From contig JAQCIU010000001.1 in NCBI GenBank assembly GCA_027593235.1, forward strand, positions 103,132 through 167,131: DNA of 64,000 nucleotides, written 5' to 3'. The position numbers and the translations under genes were made by a program. The stretch comes from Chloroflexota bacterium (lineage in GTDB: Bacteria; Chloroflexota; Dehalococcoidia; UBA2979). Under the pieces are notes generated by a model, which saw nothing but the letters and a program-made list of their open reading frames with translations, was not told the origin of the DNA and did not search any database. Below are positions 1 to 8,707 of this stretch, one piece after another. Position 1 is the stretch's first letter; the number at the start of each line of letters is the position of its first letter.

Positions 1-625
1 GGCGATTCGCCTCGGGCGGCTGGTCGTGGAACTGATGCCGGGCGAGCCGGAGGCGATCGGGCTGCTGGCGCTGATGCTGCTGCACGACGCGCGCCGGATG
101 GCGCGCACCGGCCCGGACGGCGACCTCGTAACGCTCGAGGAGCAAGACCGCACGACCTGGGACCGCGCCCAGATCGACGAGGGCGTGGCGCTGATCCACC
201 GTGCGGCCGCGTTGCGGCGACCGGGCGCGTACCAGGTACAGGCGGCGATCGCCGCGATTCACGCGGAGGCGGAGACGCCGGAACACACCGACTGGCACGA
301 AATCGCGTTGCTCTACAACGCGCTGCTGGGAATGCAGCCAACGGCGGTGGTCGAGCTGAACCGCGCCGTGGCGGTCGCGATGGCGTTCGGCATCGAGGGC
401 GGGCTGCGGATGCTCGATCGGCTCGCCGACGACCCGGAGCTGGCGGGCTACCATCTGCTCGATTCGGCGCGCGCGGATCTGCTGCGGCGCGCCGGGCGGT
501 TCGAAGAGGCGGCGAGCGCGTACCGCCGCGCCCTCGCGAGTTGCGAGCACCCGGTGGAGCGCCGCTACCTCGAACGGCGGCTCGCCGAGGTGTCGGCCGC
601 CCGACGAGAGATCGAGGGGAGCTGA
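1..625 (+). CDS. RNA polymerase ECF sigma factor with DUF6596-type C-terminal domain, C-terminal part (5' end outside window)
   Basis: Frame open from position 2; AIRLGRLVVELMPGEPEAIGLLALMLLHDARRMAR... and ALLYNALLGMQPTAVVELNRAVAVAMAFG are typical of this sigma factor family. Confidence 0.85.
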   Translation, partial: AIRLGRLVVELMPGEPEAIGLLALMLLHDARRMARTGPDGDLVTLEEQDRTTWDRAQIDEGVALIHRAAALRRPGAYQVQAAIAAIHAEAETPEHTDWHEIALLYNALLGMQPTAVVELNRAVAVAMAFGIEGGLRMLDRLADDPELAGYHLLDSARADLLRRAGRFEEAASAYRRALASCEHPVERRYLERRLAEVSAARREIEGS

Positions 626-665
626 CGATGGCAGAGGACTCCGAGTACGGAGCGCCGTCGCGGAG
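621..665 (+). pseudogene. Short 5' remnant of the downstream DNA-3-methyladenine glycosylase-like gene (MAEDSEYGAPSRR*)
   Basis: Near-identical to the start of the intact gene at 1828 (MAEESEYGAPPR...). Confidence 0.6.
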
Positions 666-698
666 GTGATCGCCGATCGTTCCAGGCGCTGAGCGTCG

Positions 699-1163
699 CT
701 AGGCCGTGCGGCGGCGCCTGAGTATCGCATCGAGAACGGTGAGCGGTCCGAATGTGGTCGCGGTCCATCCGGCGATCATCCAGTTCACGCTGAATCCGAG
801 CCCGAAAGTCGCGCCAACCCAGGCCAGCGAGAGCACGATCCAACCCGCGGCGACGATCGCTTCCGCGCGGTCCGGGTTTGGACGGGTTCCCATGTCGCTG
901 AACCAGCAGCGGAGGAAGCCACGTCCCTTACGGTATTCGGCCGCAACCGCGGACGGCTCGCCGAACGCGAGCGCCGCGTCATTGAACGCCCCGTCCAGTT
1001 CCTGCCCCTCGTCGATTTGCGACTGGACGGCGGTCCGCAGGTGGTCGGTGAGTTCGTCGAGGTGCGGGGCGACATGCGGGTCCACGCGCTGCGCATCTTC
1101 TGCCCACCGTTCGAGCCGTTGCTCGAGGTCCGGCGGCGTGGAGTCGGGTGAGTGGTCAGACAT
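699..1163 (-). CDS. Permease-prefix/DUF1700-like membrane protein paired with PadR regulator
   Basis: ATG at 1163 gives MSDHSPDSTPPDLEQRLERWAEDAQRVDPHVAPHLDELTDHLRTAVQ...; TM segments; 8-nt overlap with PadR gene. Confidence 0.65.
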   Translation of the reverse strand: MSDHSPDSTPPDLEQRLERWAEDAQRVDPHVAPHLDELTDHLRTAVQSQIDEGQELDGAFNDAALAFGEPSAVAAEYRKGRGFLRCWFSDMGTRPNPDRAEAIVAAGWIVLSLAWVGATFGLGFSVNWMIAGWTATTFGPLTVLDAILRRRRTA

Positions 1164-1503
1164 GGGTGCCTCCAACCGGGCGCGGGATGAGCGCGCCAAG
1201 CAGCGCGTTGACTGCGGCGAAGCCGGCGCGGTGTTCTTCAAGTTGTCGTTCGCCCGCGGGGAGCAGGCGGTAGTACTTGCGGCGGCGGCCGGAGGGGGCG
1301 GTGCCGTCGTATGCCTCGATCAGTCCTTGTTGATCGAGGCGGTGGAGCAGGGGATAAAGCATCCCCTCTTTCCATTCCAATTGACCGTCGGAGAGGTCGC
1401 GGACATTCCTGATGATCGCGTAGCCGTAGCTGTCGCCACGATGGAGCAGCGACAACACCAGCGGTGTCGCGGAGGCAGCCATCAGGTCCTTCGGTAGCTG
1501 CAC
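1156..1503 (-). CDS. PadR family transcriptional regulator
   Basis: MQLPKDLMAASATPLVLSLLHRGDSYGYAIIRNVRDLSDGQLEWKEGMLYPLLHRLDQQGLIE: classic PadR winged helix. Confidence 0.93.
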   Translation of the reverse strand: MQLPKDLMAASATPLVLSLLHRGDSYGYAIIRNVRDLSDGQLEWKEGMLYPLLHRLDQQGLIEAYDGTAPSGRRRKYYRLLPAGERQLEEHRAGFAAVNALLGALIPRPVGGTHV

Positions 1504-1600
1504 GCAGCGCCCTTGGTCTTACCTATATGTTCTAGGTATCGAGAGTACCTATTCGTTCTAGGCATGACAACTCCCACGGACCCACAACGGGGCGCGCCCT

Positions 1601-1825
1601 GTGCGCGTGGTCTCGGGCGGGGGCGGCTATCGTGTTCCGATGCTGCGCGACGTGCGACGGATGGCGCGGACTGGCCCGGCCGGCGACCTCGTGACCCTCG
1701 AGGAGCAAGACCGGACGATTTGGGATCGCGCGCAGATCGACGAGGGTGTCGCGGTGGAGCGACGCTACCTCGAACGGCGGCTCGCCGAGGTGTCGGCCGC
1801 CCGACGAGAGATCGAGGGGAGCTGA
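1601..1825 (+). pseudogene. Decayed, internally deleted second copy of the ECF sigma factor
   Basis: Residues RRMARTGPAGDLVTLEEQDRTIWDRAQIDEGVA fused directly to VERRYLERRLAEVSAARREIEGS; both blocks occur about 120 aa apart in 1-625. Confidence 0.85.
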
Positions 1826-1827
1826 CG

Positions 1828-2322
1828 ATGGCAGAGGAATCCGAGTACGGGGCGCCGCCGCGGATCAAACCAAAGCGCCTGGGCGACTACCTTGACGTGA
1901 TGAGCAAGTCCGTCTTCCAGAGCGGCATGTCCTGGAAGGTGGTCGAGGCGAAGTGGGACACCACCCGCGAGGCGTTCCACGATTTCGATGCCGAGCGCGT
2001 CGCGTCGATGAGCGAAGCGGAGATCGATGCCCTCGCGAGCGACACCCGCGTGATCCGCAACCGGCGCAAGCTCGAAGCGGTCGTCAGCAACGCGGCGCGG
2101 CTGATCGAGCTGGACGCCGAGCACGGCACCTTCCGGAAGTACCTGCGCTCGCAGCCGGACTTCGAAGCGACCGTGAAGATGCTGAAACAGGACTTCAAGT
2201 TCCTGGGTGACATGGGCAGCTACGTGATGCTCTACGTAGTGGGCGAGCCGGTGCCGTCGCACCAGGAGTGGACGGCGACGCAGGTGGAGCGTCGGTCACG
2301 GCAGGCGCGTCCGAAGCGGTAA
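1828..2322 (+). CDS. DNA-3-methyladenine glycosylase I-like protein
   Basis: VMSKSVFQSGMSWKVVEAKWDTTREAFHDFD...VIRNRRKLEAVVSNAARL...FKFLGDMGSYVMLYVVGEPVPSHQEW. Confidence 0.75.
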   Translation: MAEESEYGAPPRIKPKRLGDYLDVMSKSVFQSGMSWKVVEAKWDTTREAFHDFDAERVASMSEAEIDALASDTRVIRNRRKLEAVVSNAARLIELDAEHGTFRKYLRSQPDFEATVKMLKQDFKFLGDMGSYVMLYVVGEPVPSHQEWTATQVERRSRQARPKR

Positions 2323-2391
2323 CTGTCGTTGGTGGAAATCCGGTCGAGCGGAGGGCGTTGTCGCCCCAACGGTTTCGGTGTGCTCAGCCTG

Positions 2392-3048
2392 CTACCTGTA
2401 GATGATGCTCCAGAAGTGCTCAGTCGCTCGCTCAGCGAGGAGCATTGCAGGGAAGAGCAGCGCCACGGCGAGGATCCGTCCCCTCCAGTCACCCGTCAGT
2501 AGCAGCACCGATGCCGCTGCGAGAACGACATCGATCACGGCTTGCACCGGATGGAACGGGAAGTCGCTCGGGAGGTCGATCGTGAGTTCGTTCCAGTACT
2601 GACGGAGCGGACCATCAGCGAGGATCGCGCCGGCGACGAGTGAGGCGACGAGCGCAGCCGCCCATCCGCGTCGCCGATAGCTGAGCGAGACAACTGCTGC
2701 TCCGGGCGGCGCCAGCACGAGTGCCACTCCCGTCCAGATGTAGACGAAATGGCCGCCGCCAAAGCCGAGCACTGCCTCCGAGTAGGTGTAGTACGAGACG
2801 ACGGTCGCCAGGAAGAAGAGCGCGGCACCGAGGATCGCGGCGGCCGACGAGGAAGCGAAACGACCGATCAGCAGGCCGACGAAGATCCATGTTCCCGGGT
2901 AGGTCCCGAGGTCACTCGCCCATTGCCGTGAGGATTCGTCGGCCGCCTTCGCGCCGAGGCCGCAGGCAAGCGCGACGACGACGAGAGCGCCGAGCTTCGA
3001 CACCGTGATCGCGGTGGCGCCCCTTCGCCGGAACAGACGCTCGACCAC
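2392..3048 (-). CDS. Multi-pass membrane protein (DUF6518-like)
   Basis: 218-aa ORF with several hydrophobic segments. Confidence 0.6.
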   Translation of the reverse strand: MVERLFRRRGATAITVSKLGALVVVALACGLGAKAADESSRQWASDLGTYPGTWIFVGLLIGRFASSSAAAILGAALFFLATVVSYYTYSEAVLGFGGGHFVYIWTGVALVLAPPGAAVVSLSYRRRGWAAALVASLVAGAILADGPLRQYWNELTIDLPSDFPFHPVQAVIDVVLAAASVLLLTGDWRGRILAVALLFPAMLLAERATEHFWSIIYR

Positions 3049-3203
3049 GCGCCCCTCCGCCTCGACGCCCAGCGAGCTGACCCTGTACGCGCGATGATCT
3101 TCTCACCGTGAGCGGCGGCGGTCACGCAAATCAGGACTGGATGAAATCGCCGAGGCAGCGCTCGCCGAAGCCGGCGTCGCGCTCGGAGAACAGATGTCGC
3201 GTT

Positions 3204-3515
3204 CTAAGACGCGGCGCGCACTGCGTCGGCGATCCATTGCCGTTCCGGGAGGCCGCGCAGGCCCTCGGAAGTGGCGTAGAGGCGGCAGCGCGGCGTGCAG
3301 TCGGCGCACTCCGTCCAGCCGGGCTCCACGTCGTGGCCGTTGACGCGGATCGTTGGTGAACCGGGGAAGACCGTGGCGATGCCGGTCGCCTCGTCGGGGA
3401 CCTCGACGCGTTCGATCGCGGCGCTGATGCCGGCATCCGCGAGGACGTCGCGCAGCATCGCCTCCGCCAGCGCGTGGTTGGGGCAGTCCTCGAACCAGAG
3501 CAGTTCAATCTTCAT
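3204..3515 (-). CDS. Thioredoxin-fold protein (DUF2703/alkylmercury lyase-adjacent type)
   Basis: MKIELLWFEDCPNHALAEAMLRDVLADAG...FPGSPTIRVNGHDVEP. Confidence 0.75.
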   Translation of the reverse strand: MKIELLWFEDCPNHALAEAMLRDVLADAGISAAIERVEVPDEATGIATVFPGSPTIRVNGHDVEPGWTECADCTPRCRLYATSEGLRGLPERQWIADAVRAAS

Positions 3516-3649
3516 ATGGCAGCTCCCGGTGATCGGATTATCGCGCGCTGTCCGTCGCCCGTTGGATTGGCGATCACCTCGGGGGCTTGCGCGGGCATGC
3601 GAAACTGCCGAGGTGAGACACCGGTGAGGGCGTGGACGGAGCAGCAGCA

Positions 3650-3937
3650 ATGGCAAGAGCGACGATCAACGGTCACGTGCTGGCAGAGTCCGACGAGTTC
3701 GAGGTGGTTGAGGGGAACGTCTACTTCCCGCCGTCGGCGGTGAAGCAGGAGCTGTTCGCGCCGAACCCCAGCCACACCATCTGTTCCTGGAAGGGCGAGG
3801 CGTCGTACTACGACATCGTCGTGGATGGCGAACTCTTCGAGGGGCGGGCTTGGTTCTACCCGGATCCGATGGCGGCCGCGGAGAACATCCGCGATTACGT
3901 GGCGTTCTACTCGCCGCCGGTCAGCGTCGAGCGCTAG
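3650..3937 (+). CDS. DUF427 domain-containing protein
   Basis: ARATINGHVLAESDEFEVVEGNVYFPPSAVKQELFAPNPSHTICSWKGEASYYDI...NIRDYVAFY. Confidence 0.85.
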   Translation: MARATINGHVLAESDEFEVVEGNVYFPPSAVKQELFAPNPSHTICSWKGEASYYDIVVDGELFEGRAWFYPDPMAAAENIRDYVAFYSPPVSVER

Positions 3938-3975
3938 CACCTCGGCGGCAGCGGTCACCCTCGAGGGTGCCGGCG

Positions 3976-4422
3976 CTACGGAACGATCGTCGAGCAGTTG
4001 TTGAAGGTGTCGCCGGCCTGGCCACCGCCGTAGCAACTGTCGGTCTCACCGCCGCCATCGAGCGCGTCATCGTCCGCGCCGCCCAGCAGCACGTCGTTGC
4101 CGGTGCCCCCGGTGAGATCATCGATACCGCCGCCGCCGACGATGCAGTCGTCGCCACCAGCGCCGTCGATCACGTCCGCGCCGGCACTGCCGGTGATCAG
4201 GTCGTTCGCGCCGGTCCCGGTGAGCGTTCCGGCGCCGGAGACGAGATTCGTCAGCGCCATCCCGAAGCATTCGGGCGGGGCCATGTCCTGCACGGTCACG
4301 GCGGTCGCCTGCTCGGCGACGCTGCTGTTTGGGGTGAGGTTCGCGGCCGTGGACGCCTGCGGACCGTTCTCGATGACGGCGAAGACGACGAGCACGATCA
4401 CGGTGGCGGCGATCAAGCGCAT
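3976..4422 (-). CDS. Small secreted hemolysin-type (RTX) calcium-binding repeat protein
   Basis: N-terminal signal-like segment; GTGANDLITGSAGADVIDGAGGDDCIVGGGGIDDLTGGTGNDVLLGGADDDALDGGGE repeats. Confidence 0.85.
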   Translation of the reverse strand: MRLIAATVIVLVVFAVIENGPQASTAANLTPNSSVAEQATAVTVQDMAPPECFGMALTNLVSGAGTLTGTGANDLITGSAGADVIDGAGGDDCIVGGGGIDDLTGGTGNDVLLGGADDDALDGGGETDSCYGGGQAGDTFNNCSTIVP

Positions 4423-4557
4423 GGCGATCCCTCTGACCGGATCGTCGCCGTCTTCGCGGGTTGTCTGACTGAGGGAATCCCCGGCCTCCGGGGGCGGACG
4501 GGCGGATCGCTGCTAACGGGAGACGAGCGATAGCAGCCGGGCGGCTATCGTGAATCG

Positions 4558-6093
4558 ATGCTGACGGCGCTGGTCCACCCGTCCGATCGCATGCGGCTGG
4601 CGCTGCTGCTGCTGCTCGCCGGCGCTTCGACGGCGATCTATGCCTCGTTGACCGTGGTGATGTCGCTCCACGAGTTCTTCCCGGGGCCGGGCGTGACGCT
4701 GGATTTCCAGTTCATGCTGGGCGACGACTGGGTGGCGAACACGTGGCGGCTCTACGGCTCCTTCGTCGCGCTCTTCGCGCTCTGGGGCGTGGCGCTGGTC
4801 CTCGTCGCACCGCTCGCACCATCGAGGTGGGCGGTCGGCGTGATCGCCCTCGGCGGGGTCGCGATGGCGGCGGCGCTCGTGCCGATGTACCCGCCGTTCG
4901 CGGTCGACTTCTTCCACTACCTGGGCGAGGGGCGGTTGCTCTGGGTCGAGGGTGAGAACCCGATGGTCCGTGGTCCCGGCGAGTTCTTTCCGATCGGGAT
5001 GAGCTACGGCAACGAGCCGTCGGCGTACGGGCCGCTCTGGTACTGGACGCTCGGTCCGCCGGTACTCGCCGGCGGCGACGACTTCCCTCGATCTCTGCTG
5101 CTGCTGAAGGCGTGGATGGCAGGCTGGGTCGCGCTGTGTGCGTTCCTCGGCGCACTGATCTCGAGGCAGATCGGGCAGACCTCGCGCGCGTCACGGGGCG
5201 CGGAGGCGACGACGTAGGCGCGCGGTCGCGAGTTGCTGGTGGCGGTGGCGATCGCGTGGAAGCCGTACGTGCTCTGGCGGGTAGCTGGAAACGGGCACAA
5301 CGACATCGTGATGATGGCGTTCGCGCTGGTGGCCGTGTGGTTCGCGGTGGGCGGGGCGTGGCGCTGGGTGCTGCCGGCGCTCGCGGCATCGATCCTCGTG
5401 AAGTACGTGTCGCTGCTGCTGGTCCCGGCGTTCGCGATCTTCCTGCTGCGCCGCACCTCCGAGGAGCGGCGGGCGCTGTTGCCGGATCTGGCCATCGGCG
5501 GTGTGGTCGCGTTGGTCCTCGTGGGCGTCGCGTTCGCGCCCATGTGTGACGGGATCGCGACCTTCGACCAGGTGCGGGCGCAGTCCGACCGGATCATCAC
5601 GAGCTTCCCCGATCTGATCTCGATCGCGGTGCACGGGTGGTTCGACGTGTCGCCGGAGCGCGCGGACGAGATCGGGTTACGCGTCGGCGCCGCGTTGTTC
5701 GTGGTCGCGGCCGCGCTGTTGCTCTGGCGCCAGCGGCCGGGTCCCGAGGCGCTGATCGCGACTGCGGCCTCCGTGATCCTGGCGTACACGTTGCTGGGTA
5801 TTGGCTGGTTTCGGCCCTGGTATTTCCTCTGGGTCGTCACGCTGGCGGCGCTGCTGCCCGGCCGCTGGTGGCTGGCGCTGGTGGTGGTGACGTCGATCGC
5901 CGGGCTCGCGCCGGACGTGGCAGAGAAGTACGCGGTGTTCATCGGCGGGCTGCGCCCGCTGACCGAGCTGCATCCCTCGTTGCCGGCGATGCTGGCGCAG
6001 TTCCTGCCGCCGGCGCTGCTCTGGGCGTTCGCGCTGGGCCGCACCCGCAGCACGCGGCTAGTGTCCGGGGCCTCGGGAGCGACGGCGGACTAG
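4558..6093 (+). pseudogene. GT87/DUF2029-like polyprenol mannosyltransferase interrupted by in-frame TAG (5215-5217)
   Basis: ORFs 4558..5217 and 5233..6093 are in the same frame, separated only by TAG plus five sense codons; downstream half has WKPYVLWRVAGNGHNDIVMMAFALVAVWFAV. Confidence 0.8.
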
Positions 6094-7259
6094 CTCCCAG
6101 CGAGGACGAATGTCGCCTCGATGTGCGCGCGTTCGGCGAGTTCCGCGACTAGCGCCTGCACCGCCGCGGCGTCGGCAACCGCGGCCGCGATCTACGCGGG
6201 GATAGCGCCCGGCGTGACGTCACGTTCGAGGAGCGCGGACAGCCGTCGGGTGGTGGCCGCATCGACGCGCGAGAGCAACGGCTGCACGCCGCGGAGGAAT
6301 GCGCCACCGCGCGCCAGATCGCGTGCCCGCTGCTCGGGGCTCGCCTGTCCCTGGGCGGCGGCGACGCCCTCGAGGGCGATGCCCTCCAGCGCGGTACGGA
6401 GCAAGGCGACGTGCACGACGTCGTGAGCATCGCGGACGGCCGCGGTGTCGCCGCTGGCGGCGGCGGCGGAGCCCGCGAGGATGGCGGCGAGCGTCTCTTC
6501 GTTGAGGACGCCGTTCAGCGCCGGCGCACCCTGAAGGATCACCCAGACGCGATCCCACTCGTGCGGGGCGCCAAAGGCGCGATCGAGATCGCCGACGCTG
6601 GTCAGCCGTTCGCCGGCCTCGAGGGCGACGAGCGCGCGGACGAGCGGCACCTCGATCGCGAAGAGGTTCGATAGGACGGCGGCGCGATCGGCGGCGGAGC
6701 GGTCGGCGAACTCGCCGCTGCCGCTGATCGCGGCGAGCGCGCGATCGGTCAGCCATGCGGCGGATCCGAACTCCTCGATGTAACTGGCGCCGAGGGGCCC
6801 GGTCGCGGCGGAGGCCGCGACCGCGGCGAGCGACGGCGGGACGGCGCTGCCGATTGGCGCGGGCGCGGCCTCGTAGGCCTCGCGCACGGCGTCCCAGTCG
6901 ACGGTGGCGGGATCGAGGAGCAGGCCGCTGAGCTGCTCGATCGCGGCGTTGGTACGAACCTCGAAGGACACGTCGGAGGCGGGCGTGTAAGGGCCGAGGG
7001 GCTGTCCGGCCGCGCCGGGGATGCCCTCGGCGTTGACGATCACTGGCTCGGTGGGTGTGGGTGGCGGATCGCCGGGGCGCGGCACTTCGCCGCAGGCGGC
7101 GCCGAGGATGGTCGCGACGACGGCTAGGGCGACGAGTGCTCGCAAGCGGCGCAGGCGACGCAGACCGCGCGAGCAGGGCACCCGGGAGGCGTGAGGTGCG
7201 CCGGTTGCGCTGGGCGTGTGGGCATTGACCTGCGTCAACGCGCGCCGTAGCGTTGGCAT
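6090..7259 (-). CDS. Lipoprotein of unknown function; TAG at 6192-6194 followed by 33 in-frame codons to a second TAG at 6090-6092
   Basis: 355-aa ORF with lipobox-like ATILGAACGEV; in-frame extension IAAAVADAAAVQALVAELAERAHIEATFVLAGS. Confidence 0.6.
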
Positions 7260-7317
7260 ATCATCACGTCAGTGGTGATGCAGCGATGCATCGATTGGCT
7301 TCCGCCGATCGGTCCTG

Positions 7318-7405
7318 CCGCTGGGGGGGCCGCAAGGCTGAGATTCCGGACACCGGAACCACCCCAGGAACCTGATCTCGGTAATCCGAGCGTAGGGAAG
7401 CGGTG
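7318..7405 (+). promoter_or_regulatory. TPP riboswitch (thi box)
   Basis: ctggggggg...ggctgagattccggacaccggaaccaccccaggaacctgatctcggtaatccgagcgtagggaag matches thi-box core GGCUGAGA...CCC..GAACCUGAUC.GGUAAUNCC.GCGUAGGGAA. Confidence 0.95.
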
Positions 7406-7524
7406 TATGTCGAAGATGTGGACCTCCGGGCCCGACCGTTCGCGTACCTCTCGTACTTCTCTTCGTGATCGATTCTCTGATCCGTTCCTTCGCGGCGCAT
7501 CCGTGCAGCCGAAGGAGGAGCGGA

Positions 7525-7830
7525 ATGCTTGCAGAGATCCAGGTACTGCCGAACCCCCCGGGAACGCCCGAGGACTACTACCGACACGTTGAGGCGGCGA
7601 TCGCGGTCATCCAGACCTCGGGCATCACCTACGAGGTCGATGCCCTCGGCACGACGCTCGACGGTGACGCCGACGCCATCTGGGCCACCCTACGCCGTGC
7701 GCACGAAGCCGTGCTGGCGGCCGGCGCCGACAGCGTAGTGACGGTGGTGAAACTGGCCCAATCCGGAGCCACTCGTCCCGACGCCACGATCGAGTCGCTG
7801 ACCGGAAAGTTCCGCGAGGGCGCCTCGTGA
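7525..7830 (+). CDS. MTH1187/YkoF-type thiamine-binding protein
   Basis: MLAEIQVLPNPPGTPEDYYRHVEAAIAVIQTSGITYEVDALGTTLDGDADAIWATLRRAHEAVLAAGADSVVTVVKL; sits downstream of TPP riboswitch. Confidence 0.85.
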   Translation: MLAEIQVLPNPPGTPEDYYRHVEAAIAVIQTSGITYEVDALGTTLDGDADAIWATLRRAHEAVLAAGADSVVTVVKLAQSGATRPDATIESLTGKFREGAS

Positions 7831-8615
7831 CCGGCGCGCTGCCGCGCGTGCGGCGGCTGGCGTGGGAGCTGCTCCCGGCCGCGATCTTCCTCGTGCTCGC
7901 GATCGCGGGCTGGGAGATCTGGGTCCGCGCGCGTGACGTGCCGAGCTACCTCGTGCCCGCGCCGAGCGAGCTGTGGCAGGCCTTCCTCGATCAGCGTGGG
8001 ACGCTGCCGGCGCACACGCGAACGACGCTCAGCGAGGCAATGCTCGGGCTGTTCTTCGCCGCGGTGCTCGGCGTCGTGCTGGCGGCGCTGATCGCCAGCG
8101 TGCCGATCGCGCGCCGGGTGCTGTACCCGCTGCTGGTGCTGAGCCAGAACATCCCGGTGCTGGTGCTCGCGCCGTTGCTGGCCGTCTGGTTCGGCTTCGG
8201 CATGACGCCGAAGGTCGTGATCGTCGTGCTGATCGGCTTCTTCCCGATCGCCGTGAACACCGCCGACGGCCTGCTCCGCGCCGACCGCGAGATGGTCGAC
8301 CTGGTGCGGAGCATGGGCGCGAGTCGCTGGCAGGTGCTGCGAACGGTGCTGGTGCCCTCGGCGGTGCCATCGTTTTTCGCGGGGCTCCAGATCGGCGCGG
8401 CCTACGCCGTGATCGGCGCGGTGATCGCGGAGTGGATGGGCGCCAGCAGCGGTCTGGGCCTGTTCATCACCCGCTCGCAGCGAGCGTTCCGTACCGACCA
8501 GATCTTCATGGCGGTGGTGCTGATCGCCCTCGTGAGCATCGCGCTCTTCGCGTGCGTGCAGTTGCTCGCCCGCCTCGTCATGCCCTGGCGCCAGGCAGGC
8601 GCTGAGACCAATTGA
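7827..8615 (+). CDS. thiX: ABC transporter permease, thiamine/HMP-precursor type (ThiX-like, SsuC superfamily)
   Basis: SQNIPVLVLAPLLAVWFGFGMTPKVVIVVLIGFFPIAVNTADGL, TPP riboswitch context. Confidence 0.85.
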   Translation: MTGALPRVRRLAWELLPAAIFLVLAIAGWEIWVRARDVPSYLVPAPSELWQAFLDQRGTLPAHTRTTLSEAMLGLFFAAVLGVVLAALIASVPIARRVLYPLLVLSQNIPVLVLAPLLAVWFGFGMTPKVVIVVLIGFFPIAVNTADGLLRADREMVDLVRSMGASRWQVLRTVLVPSAVPSFFAGLQIGAAYAVIGAVIAEWMGASSGLGLFITRSQRAFRTDQIFMAVVLIALVSIALFACVQLLARLVMPWRQAGAETN

Positions 8616-8707
8616 GGGCGCCGAACGGCGTTGAAACGAACCGAGAACTGAGAACGACCGTGCCGCGACGGGGACAAACGCGGCGCGGTCGCCAGAGAGG
8701 AACTGAG

